A stretch of 24,059 bases of DNA from an uncultured Gammaproteobacteria bacterium (GTDB taxonomy: Bacteria > Patescibacteriota > Microgenomatia > UBA1406 > GWC2-37-13), in contig CAZPKD010000002.1 in NCBI GenBank assembly GCA_964587115.1, forward strand, positions 1 through 24,059. Direction: 5' to 3'. Positions 8,182-15,747 of this stretch are shown one piece after another. The notes beneath the pieces were generated by a model that was given only the letters and a program-made list of their open reading frames with translations, had not been told where the DNA came from and did not search any database. The translations under genes were made by a program, and so were the position numbers. The first letter of the stretch is position 1; each line of letters begins with the position of its first letter.

Positions 8182-8429
8182 TTTTTGTTCAAAAATTTAG
8201 CCACAAGAGATTTTAACCTGGCGGCTTTATTTTTGTGAATAACCTTTTTTTTATAAGCCTTATCAATTTTTGAATAGGCTTTTTTAACTGAACTAATTAA
8301 ATTTTCCTTTTTTTTACTGTTTTTGACATCTTTAATAGCTTTTTTATACTCTTTTTCATAAACAGTGTTTCTTTTAGTTCTTTTGACATCTTGTCTTAGT
8401 TTCTTTTTAGCTGACTTAATTATTGGCAT
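8178..8429 (-). CDS. rpsT: 30S ribosomal protein bS20
   Basis: MPIIKSAKKKLRQ N-terminus, IDKA.KK.VIHKNKAARLKS C-terminal signature, 83 aa and highly basic. Confidence 0.95.
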   Translation of the reverse strand: MPIIKSAKKKLRQDVKRTKRNTVYEKEYKKAIKDVKNSKKKENLISSVKKAYSKIDKAYKKKVIHKNKAARLKSLVAKFLNKK

Positions 8430-8436
8430 GAAATAA

Positions 8437-8461
8437 CACCTCCTCTCAAATAGTATTGAGA
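8437..8461 (-). promoter_or_regulatory. Strong Shine-Dalgarno for rpsT with adjacent 6-bp hairpin
   Basis: AGGAGGTG (8444-8437) lies 7 nt before ATG 8429. An inverted repeat TCTCAA-N6-TTGAGA (8444-8461) has the -10-like TACTAT as its loop. Confidence 0.75.
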
Positions 8462-8462
8462 A

Positions 8463-8918
8463 TTAATAATCCTTGTTAAAAACTTTTTCGCCATAATCTC
8501 CACTAAAATTCAGTGATAATTGTATTTTTCCCACCACCTCATGATAAACACAACTTCCAGATGAACAAGTTCCCAGAGTTATTTTTTTTTCAATATCAGA
8601 TTCTCCTTCTTGGAGAGAAATTCTTGCCATAACTCCTTGTAATCCTTGTTCAGCCGTTTTATATGATAGCTGATACTCAATTGCGGTTGTCCCTTTTGGA
8701 ATATTGTTAATAGTCAAAATTACTTCTTTACCTGAAGTTGTTTTCTCTAATGATGCTTTAACTGAAGCATCGACGGTTGGAATTAAAACCTCAGTTGGAA
8801 AATTATCTTCACTTACTTTTTCTGTATTTCCGTTACTCTTACTAAAAATAATAAAGGCAACCAAAACTATCCCCAGAATCACTAAACCAACAATGATGAT
8901 TTTGTTTTTATTTTTCAT
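8463..8918 (-). CDS. Hypothetical single-pass membrane protein with LGTCSSGSC motif
   Basis: N-terminal TM, beta-rich ectodomain and a closely spaced Cys pair. Sits between glyQS and rpsT on the same strand. Confidence 0.75.
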   Translation of the reverse strand: MKNKNKIIIVGLVILGIVLVAFIIFSKSNGNTEKVSEDNFPTEVLIPTVDASVKASLEKTTSGKEVILTINNIPKGTTAIEYQLSYKTAEQGLQGVMARISLQEGESDIEKKITLGTCSSGSCVYHEVVGKIQLSLNFSGDYGEKVFNKDY

Positions 8919-8930
8919 AAAAAAAACAAC

Positions 8931-10199
8931 TTATAAATGATCGGTTAAGTATTTTTCTAACTGATCAACTTTTAATCTAATCTGTGTCATTGAATCACGA
9001 TCGCGAACCGTAAGAGTATCATCTTCTAATGTCTGAAAATCAACCGTAACGCAAAAAGGGGTACCAATTTCATCTTGAGAAAAATAACGTTTTCCGATGT
9101 TTCCTCGATCATCCCAGTTGACTTGAAGTCTATTTTTTAATTCCTTATAAATATTCCAAGCTTTTTCTTTTAATTTTGGTTTATTAGCTAATAAAGGGAA
9201 TATGGCTGCTTTATACGGAGCAATTTTAGGGTTTAGCTTTAGGACTACCCTACCCTCAATTTCTTTATAAGCGTCTATTAAGAAGAAGAGTGTTGCTCGA
9301 TCGACTCCGCCTGAGGTTTCAATTACCCAAGGAGTATATTCTTCATTCGTGTCTTTATCTTTATAGGTTAATTTATGTTTGGATAGGTCATAATCGCCCC
9401 GATGATGAATCCCCTCAAACTCAGACCAACCAAAAGGAGCGTCGTATTCTATGTCGGTAGCAAATCTAGCATAGTGGGCTCTTTTTTCGGGTTCGTGGTC
9501 GTGAAATCTTAACTTATTCTTATTTATACCCAATGACTGATACCAAGACAATCTTTGACTTTTCCAGTATTCAAAATTTTCAAGGCCGCTTTTTTCATCG
9601 GGCTTAATAAAGTATTCTAATTCCATTTGTTCAAATTCGCGACTACGGAAAGTAAAGTTCCCCGGAGTAATCTCATCTCTGAAGGCTTTACCAATTTGGG
9701 CAATTCCAAAAGGAATCTTAACCCGTGACGAATCGACAATATTTTTAAAATTAACAAAAACCCCTTGGGTAATTTCACCCCTAAGATAAGATTTCTGTTT
9801 TGGCTCAACTGTTCCTAGGAGCACTTCAACCATCAGATTAAAAGTTTTTACTTCAGTCCAACTGTTTTTTCCTTGGTGTTCTTGATTGTGATCAGAAAGC
9901 ATCTTTTTATCATCAGCCTTAATCCTTTTATGACAGACTTTACACTCGATTAACGGATCGGTAAAGGCTTTAAGATGGCCAGACCTATCCCAGACGGTCG
10001 GATTCATGACAATAGCCGCATCAATACCAACAACATCTTCTCTGGAATAAACCAGACTCTTCCACCATTCTCTTTTTATGTTGTTTTTAAGCTCTGTTCC
10101 CAATGGACCATAGTCCCAAAAACCAGCAAAACCACCATAGATTTCACTCCCAGGATATATAAAACCTCTTCTTTTGCATAAAGAAACAATTTTATCCAT
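8931..10199 (-). CDS. glyQS: Glycine--tRNA ligase, alpha2 (homodimeric) type
   Basis: KRRGFIYPGSEIYGG, YGPLG, YLRGEIT, motif 2 AFRDEITP..FTFRSREFEQME, motif 3 IETSGGVDR and HGTP anticodon domain (IGKRYFSQDEIGTPFCVTVD). Confidence 0.95.
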   Translation of the reverse strand: MDKIVSLCKRRGFIYPGSEIYGGFAGFWDYGPLGTELKNNIKREWWKSLVYSREDVVGIDAAIVMNPTVWDRSGHLKAFTDPLIECKVCHKRIKADDKKMLSDHNQEHQGKNSWTEVKTFNLMVEVLLGTVEPKQKSYLRGEITQGVFVNFKNIVDSSRVKIPFGIAQIGKAFRDEITPGNFTFRSREFEQMELEYFIKPDEKSGLENFEYWKSQRLSWYQSLGINKNKLRFHDHEPEKRAHYARFATDIEYDAPFGWSEFEGIHHRGDYDLSKHKLTYKDKDTNEEYTPWVIETSGGVDRATLFFLIDAYKEIEGRVVLKLNPKIAPYKAAIFPLLANKPKLKEKAWNIYKELKNRLQVNWDDRGNIGKRYFSQDEIGTPFCVTVDFQTLEDDTLTVRDRDSMTQIRLKVDQLEKYLTDHL

Positions 10200-10248
10200 A
10201 AAACTTATTTTTTAATAAAAATATTACAGATTTTAACCTGTGCTTTCA

Positions 10249-10773
10249 TTATATAACAAAGTTAGGCAGTTTTTCACGAATTAACTCTTCTAAAAAGAGC
10301 TTCTGTTCATCAAAAGCCATGTTTCTTTTGGAGTAACCGAATATTGATAAGAACTTATTAATATAGGTTGTCATATTAACCTGAGTAATGTTATTTTTTG
10401 ATATATCAATTAATACTTTCTTAGTCAAATTGTAGGCGGTAATTTCTTTTTGTTCTTCAGGTAATAGTCGATCAAGAATAAAAAATAAATTATACAGAAA
10501 GCCAATTTTTCTCTCATCTTTTTTTATATTAGAAAAGGCGCTAATAAGGTCTGTTTGTTGAAGATATAGATAATCACCTTTTTTATTAATAACCACTTTA
10601 ATTAAGTTTCCGGTCTGAATATGGGGAAGACGACGACTGGTAATTTTTTTTACTCCTTTAGCTAAAATTCTTGTTTTGCCTAATTCTTTAGTAAATAGAG
10701 TTAAAATTAAGTCTTTTTCCAATAAAGAACGTTTCATCAAAACAATCGCCTCTGTTTTTATGGTTTTCCGCAT
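10249..10773 (-). CDS. recO: DNA repair protein RecO (short)
   Basis: RecO_N OB-fold pattern (EAIVL...LEKDLILTLFTKELGK..ILAKGVKK..SRR). Overlaps the upstream peptidase by 16 bp. Confidence 0.85.
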   Translation of the reverse strand: MRKTIKTEAIVLMKRSLLEKDLILTLFTKELGKTRILAKGVKKITSRRLPHIQTGNLIKVVINKKGDYLYLQQTDLISAFSNIKKDERKIGFLYNLFFILDRLLPEEQKEITAYNLTKKVLIDISKNNITQVNMTTYINKFLSIFGYSKRNMAFDEQKLFLEELIREKLPNFVI

Positions 10774-11837
10774 AGATAAAGAAGTTCTTTGAGAATCAGA
10801 TAATAATCATTAAGGCTTTTCATATCAACCCACTCATTGTCAGTGTGAAGACCATATCCAATCGGCCCAAACTCAACACCAGAACAGCCGACTTCGTCAT
10901 AATGTCTTAAGTCAGAAGCACCATTTTTTCTGATTACTTTTGGAACCTTTTTGATTATTTTTTTAGAAACTTCCTGAATTAACTTAATATATGGATTGTT
11001 TTTTTCTGTAAAATGGACTGGTTCATTCTCACTGATAGTAATTTTTGACTCGGGCGGTGCAAATTTTCTTAATTTAGTAAGAATATTTTTAGCGTCGCTC
11101 GGAACATAACGTATATCACAAAAAATACTACAATCATCGGCCACTTTATTAAATGTTTTATTGGTACTTTCAATTCGCGCCACATTTATAGTTGTTTCCC
11201 AAACCGCTTTTTTTGGAACCGGATACTGTGTTCTAATTTTGTTAAGAATTTTGTTAGCTTTTATTATCGCATTATCTCCTTGCCATGGATAAGCACCATG
11301 AGCAGTTTTTCCAAAAACAGTATACTTTATCCAGATAATTCCTTTTGCTTCATTACCTATATCGAAGTTTGTCTGCTCCCCAACCAAAACAAAATCACTT
11401 CTCACTCCCTGTTCTACCTGATATTTGGTTCCGTTGAACCCACCTATTTCTTCATCAGTAACAATTTGAAGTCCTATCGGAACCGTTAGCTTTTTAGCCA
11501 TCTCCTTAAAAGCTAATATTTCAGCAACCGCAGCTCCCTTCATGTCAAAAGCACCCCGACCATATAGTCGATTATTCTTCTCTTTTGGTATATATTGACC
11601 ATCTTTGGCCGAAACAACATCTAAATGGGCGTTAAAAAGCATTTTAAACTTTCTTGGCCGCGTCTTAGTATTGTAAGCTAAAAAACTGGGAATACCATCT
11701 TTTATAAATTCTTCTAGGTGATATTCTTTTACCTCATTCTTTGCCAAAGCAATTGCCTCCGTTAGTCCCTTTGAATTATCGTTTGTTGACCGAACAGATA
11801 TTAGTTTTTTTGTCAGAGATAATATTTTGTTAAACAT
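10758..11837 (-). CDS. M20 family metallopeptidase/deacylase (DapE/ArgE-like)
   Basis: Metal-ligand motifs NAHLDVV, GRGAFDMKG, DEEIGG, VGEQT, HGAYPW and C-terminal LHTDNE. Confidence 0.92.
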   Translation of the reverse strand: MFNKILSLTKKLISVRSTNDNSKGLTEAIALAKNEVKEYHLEEFIKDGIPSFLAYNTKTRPRKFKMLFNAHLDVVSAKDGQYIPKEKNNRLYGRGAFDMKGAAVAEILAFKEMAKKLTVPIGLQIVTDEEIGGFNGTKYQVEQGVRSDFVLVGEQTNFDIGNEAKGIIWIKYTVFGKTAHGAYPWQGDNAIIKANKILNKIRTQYPVPKKAVWETTINVARIESTNKTFNKVADDCSIFCDIRYVPSDAKNILTKLRKFAPPESKITISENEPVHFTEKNNPYIKLIQEVSKKIIKKVPKVIRKNGASDLRHYDEVGCSGVEFGPIGYGLHTDNEWVDMKSLNDYYLILKELLYLCGKP

Positions 11838-11849
11838 ATCGATTATTTT

Positions 11850-11922
11850 ACTCTATTTTTCCTGACTTAACACAATTTGAGATAGATAATCTCTACGATA
11901 AGAGGTATAGGAAAAAAAGAGT
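11850..11922. repeat. 14-bp imperfect inverted repeat enclosing two small hairpins
   Basis: ACTCT(A)TTTTTTCCT (11850-11864) versus AGGAAAAAAAGAGT (11909-11922). Internal GAGAT-N5-ATCTC and CTCT-N6-AGAG. Confidence 0.6.
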
Positions 11923-11950
11923 TAATATAACTATCCCTAAATGGTTCATA

Positions 11951-11988
11951 TAAGAAAAGACCCCGCCTTTAGCGGGGTAAATTTTTTT
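11951..11988 (-). terminator. Intrinsic terminator hairpin (possibly bidirectional)
   Basis: ACCCCGC (11960-11966), loop, GCGGGGT (11972-11978). Followed by CUUUUCUU on the minus strand and AAAUUUUUUU on the plus strand. Confidence 0.8.
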
Positions 11989-12080
11989 AATTGGCTTTAT
12001 TTAATCATAATTTCCCCGCCACACATGACGTGGTCTTTTGGAAAATAATGAATGATAAAACCTGCTTCTCCATGATTATT
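11951..12080 (-). ncRNA. Candidate structured leader/attenuator RNA with 22-codon ORF (MEKQVLSFIIFQKTTSCVAGKL, 12073-12005)
   Basis: Bounded by a sigma70-like promoter and a terminator, with mutually exclusive pairings found by eye (see findings). No known Rfam family recognised. Confidence 0.45.
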
Positions 12081-12082
12081 TC

Positions 12083-12110
12083 ATTAAAGTTAGATGACAA
12101 TATTTGTCAA
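12083..12110 (-). promoter_or_regulatory. Sigma70 promoter TTGACA-N16-TTTAAT overlapped by the palindrome TGACAA-TAT-TTGTCA
   Basis: Perfect -35 at 12110-12105 and a 5/6 -10 at 12088-12083. Palindrome at 12095-12109. Confidence 0.6.
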
Positions 12111-12114
12111 GATG

Positions 12115-13944
12115 TTATTTGTTTTTCAGTTCTTTATCAACGGTGAACAAACCATCATAAAGGACTCTTCCATTAAAATCTACTTTAATCTTTTGGTCAT
12201 CAATCCCTGGCTGTTTTTGGATTAATAATTTATAATCCTTGTTGACGAGTGAAGATGGCAATTCATATTTAATGTTAACCGTTGCCTTACCTAAAGGATT
12301 GACAGTTAGAAAGCCTTCAAAAACGGTTTTCCCCAAATCATTATAAGTTTGTACCGGTTTTATCGATCCTTCAAAACTAATTAACTTTGACCCTTGAGGC
12401 ACATAAATTCTAACCCAGTTTCTTAGCGTTGCGTTCAGACATAATCCTCCCCTTTCTAGATTACAGTCAGAGTGAGGATATGGATTCCGATAATCAATGA
12501 TTACTTCACGAGTAATTTTATTAGATGATAATTTTGCCTTAGAAGTAATTGTTTCGGAAACAAATAAATTGGCTTTAGCACCGGCAAAGTTAACATTGTT
12601 GACGTGTAAATAATCTCCGTCATATTTTTTAATTGAGCCGGCAAAATTAAGCTTTTCTGCCGCTGTTTGTAGATTTTTGTCGGTAAAATACAATAAAATA
12701 TGTTTTTCTTGAAGATTTTTAAACATCTGTTGAGCCAAAGTGCCCCAATATTTTGACGGTGAAAAACCAAGAGCTTTATATAAAAGCTCATACATCAATT
12801 CTCCTAAAATTCCCTTACGATTAGTTCTTTCATAGGGAACCGGTCGATCAACCATGTCAAAAAGTTGATATAAAACCTGAGGACAGTCGCATCGACTATC
12901 AATTTTTGAAGAGAAAATAACTCCGCCAGCTTTTGTGTCACCAAAAATAGTTAACATATCAACCAATACCTTTGAATCAAGCATAATAATCCCATCATAG
13001 TCAACTTTAACGTCGCTTAATTTATACAAACTATTAAAAAGCTTAATTGAACTCGGTAGATCTGGAGACAAATTACTATCGCGAATGTAAAATTTATAGA
13101 CTTCCTTATGATAGGTTAAAATCTCTTTAGGAGCTGTGGGATGGGAAGAAATACTGTTGTCTAGGGAATAGATATCATCTGATTTTTGAATCTTTAGTTT
13201 TCCATCCTTGACCTTAAAGATAGCATAGGCGGTTAAAAATCCACCAGTAGCCCGTCTTTCTTTATCGTTTTGAAAAAGTAGTAAGTAGGTTTGTTCTTTT
13301 TTTGTGCCAAAAATTTCTGGCAGTCTTTTAACCAGAGGTTTAGCGTCAACAAATAATGAGGCCAAACCAACAAACTGTTCTTTAATATTTACTAGCCTCG
13401 AACGAACAACCGTTTTGCCTAATTTCTCTGGATAACGATTTGGATTGATCTTGGCGATTCTTACTTCTGCTTGATTAATATCTTCTGAAATAACATCAAT
13501 GTTGGATAAAACTTTATCCAGGGTTAATATGGCTGTTTGCAACCTGTCTTCGGACGATCTTTCAACAAACGAAGTTTGACCTTTTTTAAACCCAATCAAA
13601 TCTGCGTAGGGATTAATGGTCTTGACTATCTCTTGTCCTGCCTTAACTAGATAACTACCCGCTTCAACTCCATTCTTAAGATCGGCAAAATAAGGAATAA
13701 AGGATAACCAGTAGACTGATTTTGCTTCCTTTTCCAACAAAGAATACTTCCCAGAAAAAGATTCTAGTTTGGTATTTAAAAGATCAATATCGTTTTTAGA
13801 GAAAGTTTCTTTAAGTTGTTTGGCTTCAGCTATAACTCCGTTGGTCGCTGTCTTTATCTTTATAAACGGCCTAACAATAAAAAAATATCCTAAGATTACT
13901 AATAATAAAATAGCGATAATAATAGTTTTTTGTTTTTTTTTCAT
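12115..13944 (-). CDS. DUF4012-type large single-pass extracytoplasmic protein
   Basis: N-terminal TM, helical stalk, signature LLLFQNxxExRATGGF, RDSNLSPD, DGII.LD and C-terminal beta-sandwich (NWVRIYVPQGSKL...YKLLIQKQPG). Confidence 0.8.
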   Translation of the reverse strand: MKKKQKTIIIAILLLVILGYFFIVRPFIKIKTATNGVIAEAKQLKETFSKNDIDLLNTKLESFSGKYSLLEKEAKSVYWLSFIPYFADLKNGVEAGSYLVKAGQEIVKTINPYADLIGFKKGQTSFVERSSEDRLQTAILTLDKVLSNIDVISEDINQAEVRIAKINPNRYPEKLGKTVVRSRLVNIKEQFVGLASLFVDAKPLVKRLPEIFGTKKEQTYLLLFQNDKERRATGGFLTAYAIFKVKDGKLKIQKSDDIYSLDNSISSHPTAPKEILTYHKEVYKFYIRDSNLSPDLPSSIKLFNSLYKLSDVKVDYDGIIMLDSKVLVDMLTIFGDTKAGGVIFSSKIDSRCDCPQVLYQLFDMVDRPVPYERTNRKGILGELMYELLYKALGFSPSKYWGTLAQQMFKNLQEKHILLYFTDKNLQTAAEKLNFAGSIKKYDGDYLHVNNVNFAGAKANLFVSETITSKAKLSSNKITREVIIDYRNPYPHSDCNLERGGLCLNATLRNWVRIYVPQGSKLISFEGSIKPVQTYNDLGKTVFEGFLTVNPLGKATVNIKYELPSSLVNKDYKLLIQKQPGIDDQKIKVDFNGRVLYDGLFTVDKELKNK

Positions 13945-13947
13945 AAT

Positions 13948-14622
13948 TTAAACAGCTCCACTACCGGTAAGCATAACGATAGGAGTCTTAATGATAATTT
14001 TTAAATCTACTAATAATGATACATTATCAACATAAGAAGCATCAATGGCAATTCTTTTATCAAAATTAATCTCTGATCTTCCGGTTACTTGCCAAAGACC
14101 GGTAATTCCAGGTTTAACAGAAAGAACCTTAGAAACCAATTTTTGAGTATGAGGAAATTTTTTTTGCTGTTCCTTGAGCTCGTCTGGATAATAAGCTCGT
14201 GGCCCAACCAAACTCATTTCTCCCTTAAGAACATTAAAAAACTGAGGTGTCTCATCAATTGAATGCTTGCGGATGAAACGACCAACTTTGGTTACTCGCG
14301 GGTCGTTTCTTAGCTTATAGCTTCCCTGCTGATATTCCCTAAATAGTTTTTTGAAACGCGGATCGTTACGTAAAAGATAATGAGCGTTAACAATCATCGA
14401 GCGAAATTTATACATTTTAAAACGACCGCCATTTTCGCCGACTCTTTCGGGAACATCAGCTAAAATCGGGCCTTTTGAATCAGCTCTTATAATAATGGAG
14501 GTAACTAGATAAACCGGTGAAAAAACAATAAGCAGAAGTATCGAACCGATAATATCGATTAATCTTTTTGTGTATTTGCGATAACCCTTACCTTTAAACA
14601 AATAAAGTAAATTAACGGTCAT
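13948..14622 (-). CDS. Small monotopic phosphoglycosyl transferase (bacterial sugar transferase; PglC/WbaP C-terminal family)
   Basis: KRLIDI membrane segment, RVG..G..FKMYKFRSM, DPRVTKVGRFIRKHSIDETPQFFNVLKGEMSLVGPR (catalytic DE dyad) and PGITGLWQV. Confidence 0.93.
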   Translation of the reverse strand: MTVNLLYLFKGKGYRKYTKRLIDIIGSILLLIVFSPVYLVTSIIIRADSKGPILADVPERVGENGGRFKMYKFRSMIVNAHYLLRNDPRFKKLFREYQQGSYKLRNDPRVTKVGRFIRKHSIDETPQFFNVLKGEMSLVGPRAYYPDELKEQQKKFPHTQKLVSKVLSVKPGITGLWQVTGRSEINFDKRIAIDASYVDNVSLLVDLKIIIKTPIVMLTGSGAV

Positions 14623-14653
14623 TTCTATATTGTATCAAAATTAACTTATGTTT

Positions 14654-15739
14654 TTACATTAGGTTCTCATGCTCTGTTCCTTCAAAATTCTTAACCAAGC
14701 GTTGAAGTTTGGAAATGGAGTTTTTTTTAGTAATCAAAATTACATCATTGGTATTAACAATAATGTTTTCATCCAAATCAATGGCCACAATTAATTTTTT
14801 GTCTTCATAATTATAGATTAGAGAATCACGCACATGCTCCATGTGGACTTTTCCACGAATTATATTCTCATACTGATGAGTTTCAAGAGCTTCTTTCAGG
14901 GCCTCCCAAGCACCAATATCACTCCAACCAATGTCTTCCATTACTACCAAAGCATCTTTCTTGTCTAAATTTTCAAGAACGGCGTTATCAAAGTTTATTC
15001 CTTCGACTTGACCATAATTGTCTTTAAGAACTGTCTCATAATTTTTCTTTCCGTAGGAAGAAAGAATCTTTTCGGTATTGCTAAAAATATTTGGGGCAAA
15101 CCTTTTGAAAGCTTCATAAATAAAGACGGGAGTAGTCACGAAATAACCTAAGTTCCAGGCATATTGACCAGAGCGATAAAATTCTTGGGCAGTTTTTTCG
15201 TCTGGCTTATATTTAAAACCTTCAAACTGATGAAAGTGAATCCCTTTCACAGTCTTAACTTTTTTTCCTAGATGAATATAACCAAGATTGACGCTAGGGT
15301 ATCTTGGTTTATGGGCGACAAAAATAATTTTATTAGGGTCTTTTTCAATAAACTCACCACAAATCTGCAATATTTTTCTAAATAGGGCAACTTTTTTTAC
15401 TAAATGATCACTCCATAAAATAGCAATTGGCTGTTTGGGGTATGTTTTATGGAAAATTCCCATTGCTAAAGCCATCGCCGGAGCGACATCTTTTTTTTCC
15501 GGTTCAAAAATAAAGTTTTTTGCAGGAATTTGTTTTAACTGCTGCTTAATTATGTCTTTATAGGCAATATTGGTTGAGATGTAAATATCTTCTTCTCTAA
15601 AGTTGGGAATCAATCTGTCAATCGCTAACTGCAATGTTGATTTGTCGCCAACTAATTTTTCAAATTGTTTGGGAGATTTTTTCCTTGATAGTGGCCATAG
15701 TCTCGTTCCTGTACCACCGGCAAAAATAATTGCTTTCAT
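14654..15739 (-). CDS. manC: Mannose-1-phosphate guanylyltransferase (no cupin isomerase domain)
   Basis: FAGGTGTRLWPLSR..SPKQF, EPEKKD, SDH, F.YKPD, WNLGYF and WSDIGAW. Confidence 0.88.
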   Translation of the reverse strand: MKAIIFAGGTGTRLWPLSRKKSPKQFEKLVGDKSTLQLAIDRLIPNFREEDIYISTNIAYKDIIKQQLKQIPAKNFIFEPEKKDVAPAMALAMGIFHKTYPKQPIAILWSDHLVKKVALFRKILQICGEFIEKDPNKIIFVAHKPRYPSVNLGYIHLGKKVKTVKGIHFHQFEGFKYKPDEKTAQEFYRSGQYAWNLGYFVTTPVFIYEAFKRFAPNIFSNTEKILSSYGKKNYETVLKDNYGQVEGINFDNAVLENLDKKDALVVMEDIGWSDIGAWEALKEALETHQYENIIRGKVHMEHVRDSLIYNYEDKKLIVAIDLDENIIVNTNDVILITKKNSISKLQRLVKNFEGTEHENLM

Positions 15740-15747
15740 TTAAGTAA

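Noticed and set aside
8704-8940. 78-aa plus-strand hydrophobic ORF
   Set aside because: Antisense to the 151-aa gene; its hydrophobicity mirrors A-rich codons on the other strand.
9617-11489. Short ORFs 9617-9808(-), 9975-10181(+) and 11280-11489(+)
   Set aside because: Nested in or antisense to glyQS and the M20 peptidase, both of which have intact motifs.
11955-11985. IS200/IS605 (TnpB) end hairpin
   Set aside because: CCCCGCCTTTAGCGGGG loosely resembles such ends, but there is no tnpA/tnpB remnant or second end in the window; a terminator is the simpler reading.
12005-12040. T-box or glycine riboswitch for glyQS
   Set aside because: No GGUGGNACC T-box bulge or stem I, and no CCGAAG/CUCUCAGG glycine-aptamer motifs. 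glyQS is also the third gene downstream.
11941-12048. 35-codon plus-strand ORF (MVHIRKDPAFSGVNFFNWLYLIIISPPHMTWSFGK) as a type I toxin
   Set aside because: No SD or matching -10, only a short hydrophobic patch, and it runs through the terminator hairpin; kept only as a remote alternative.
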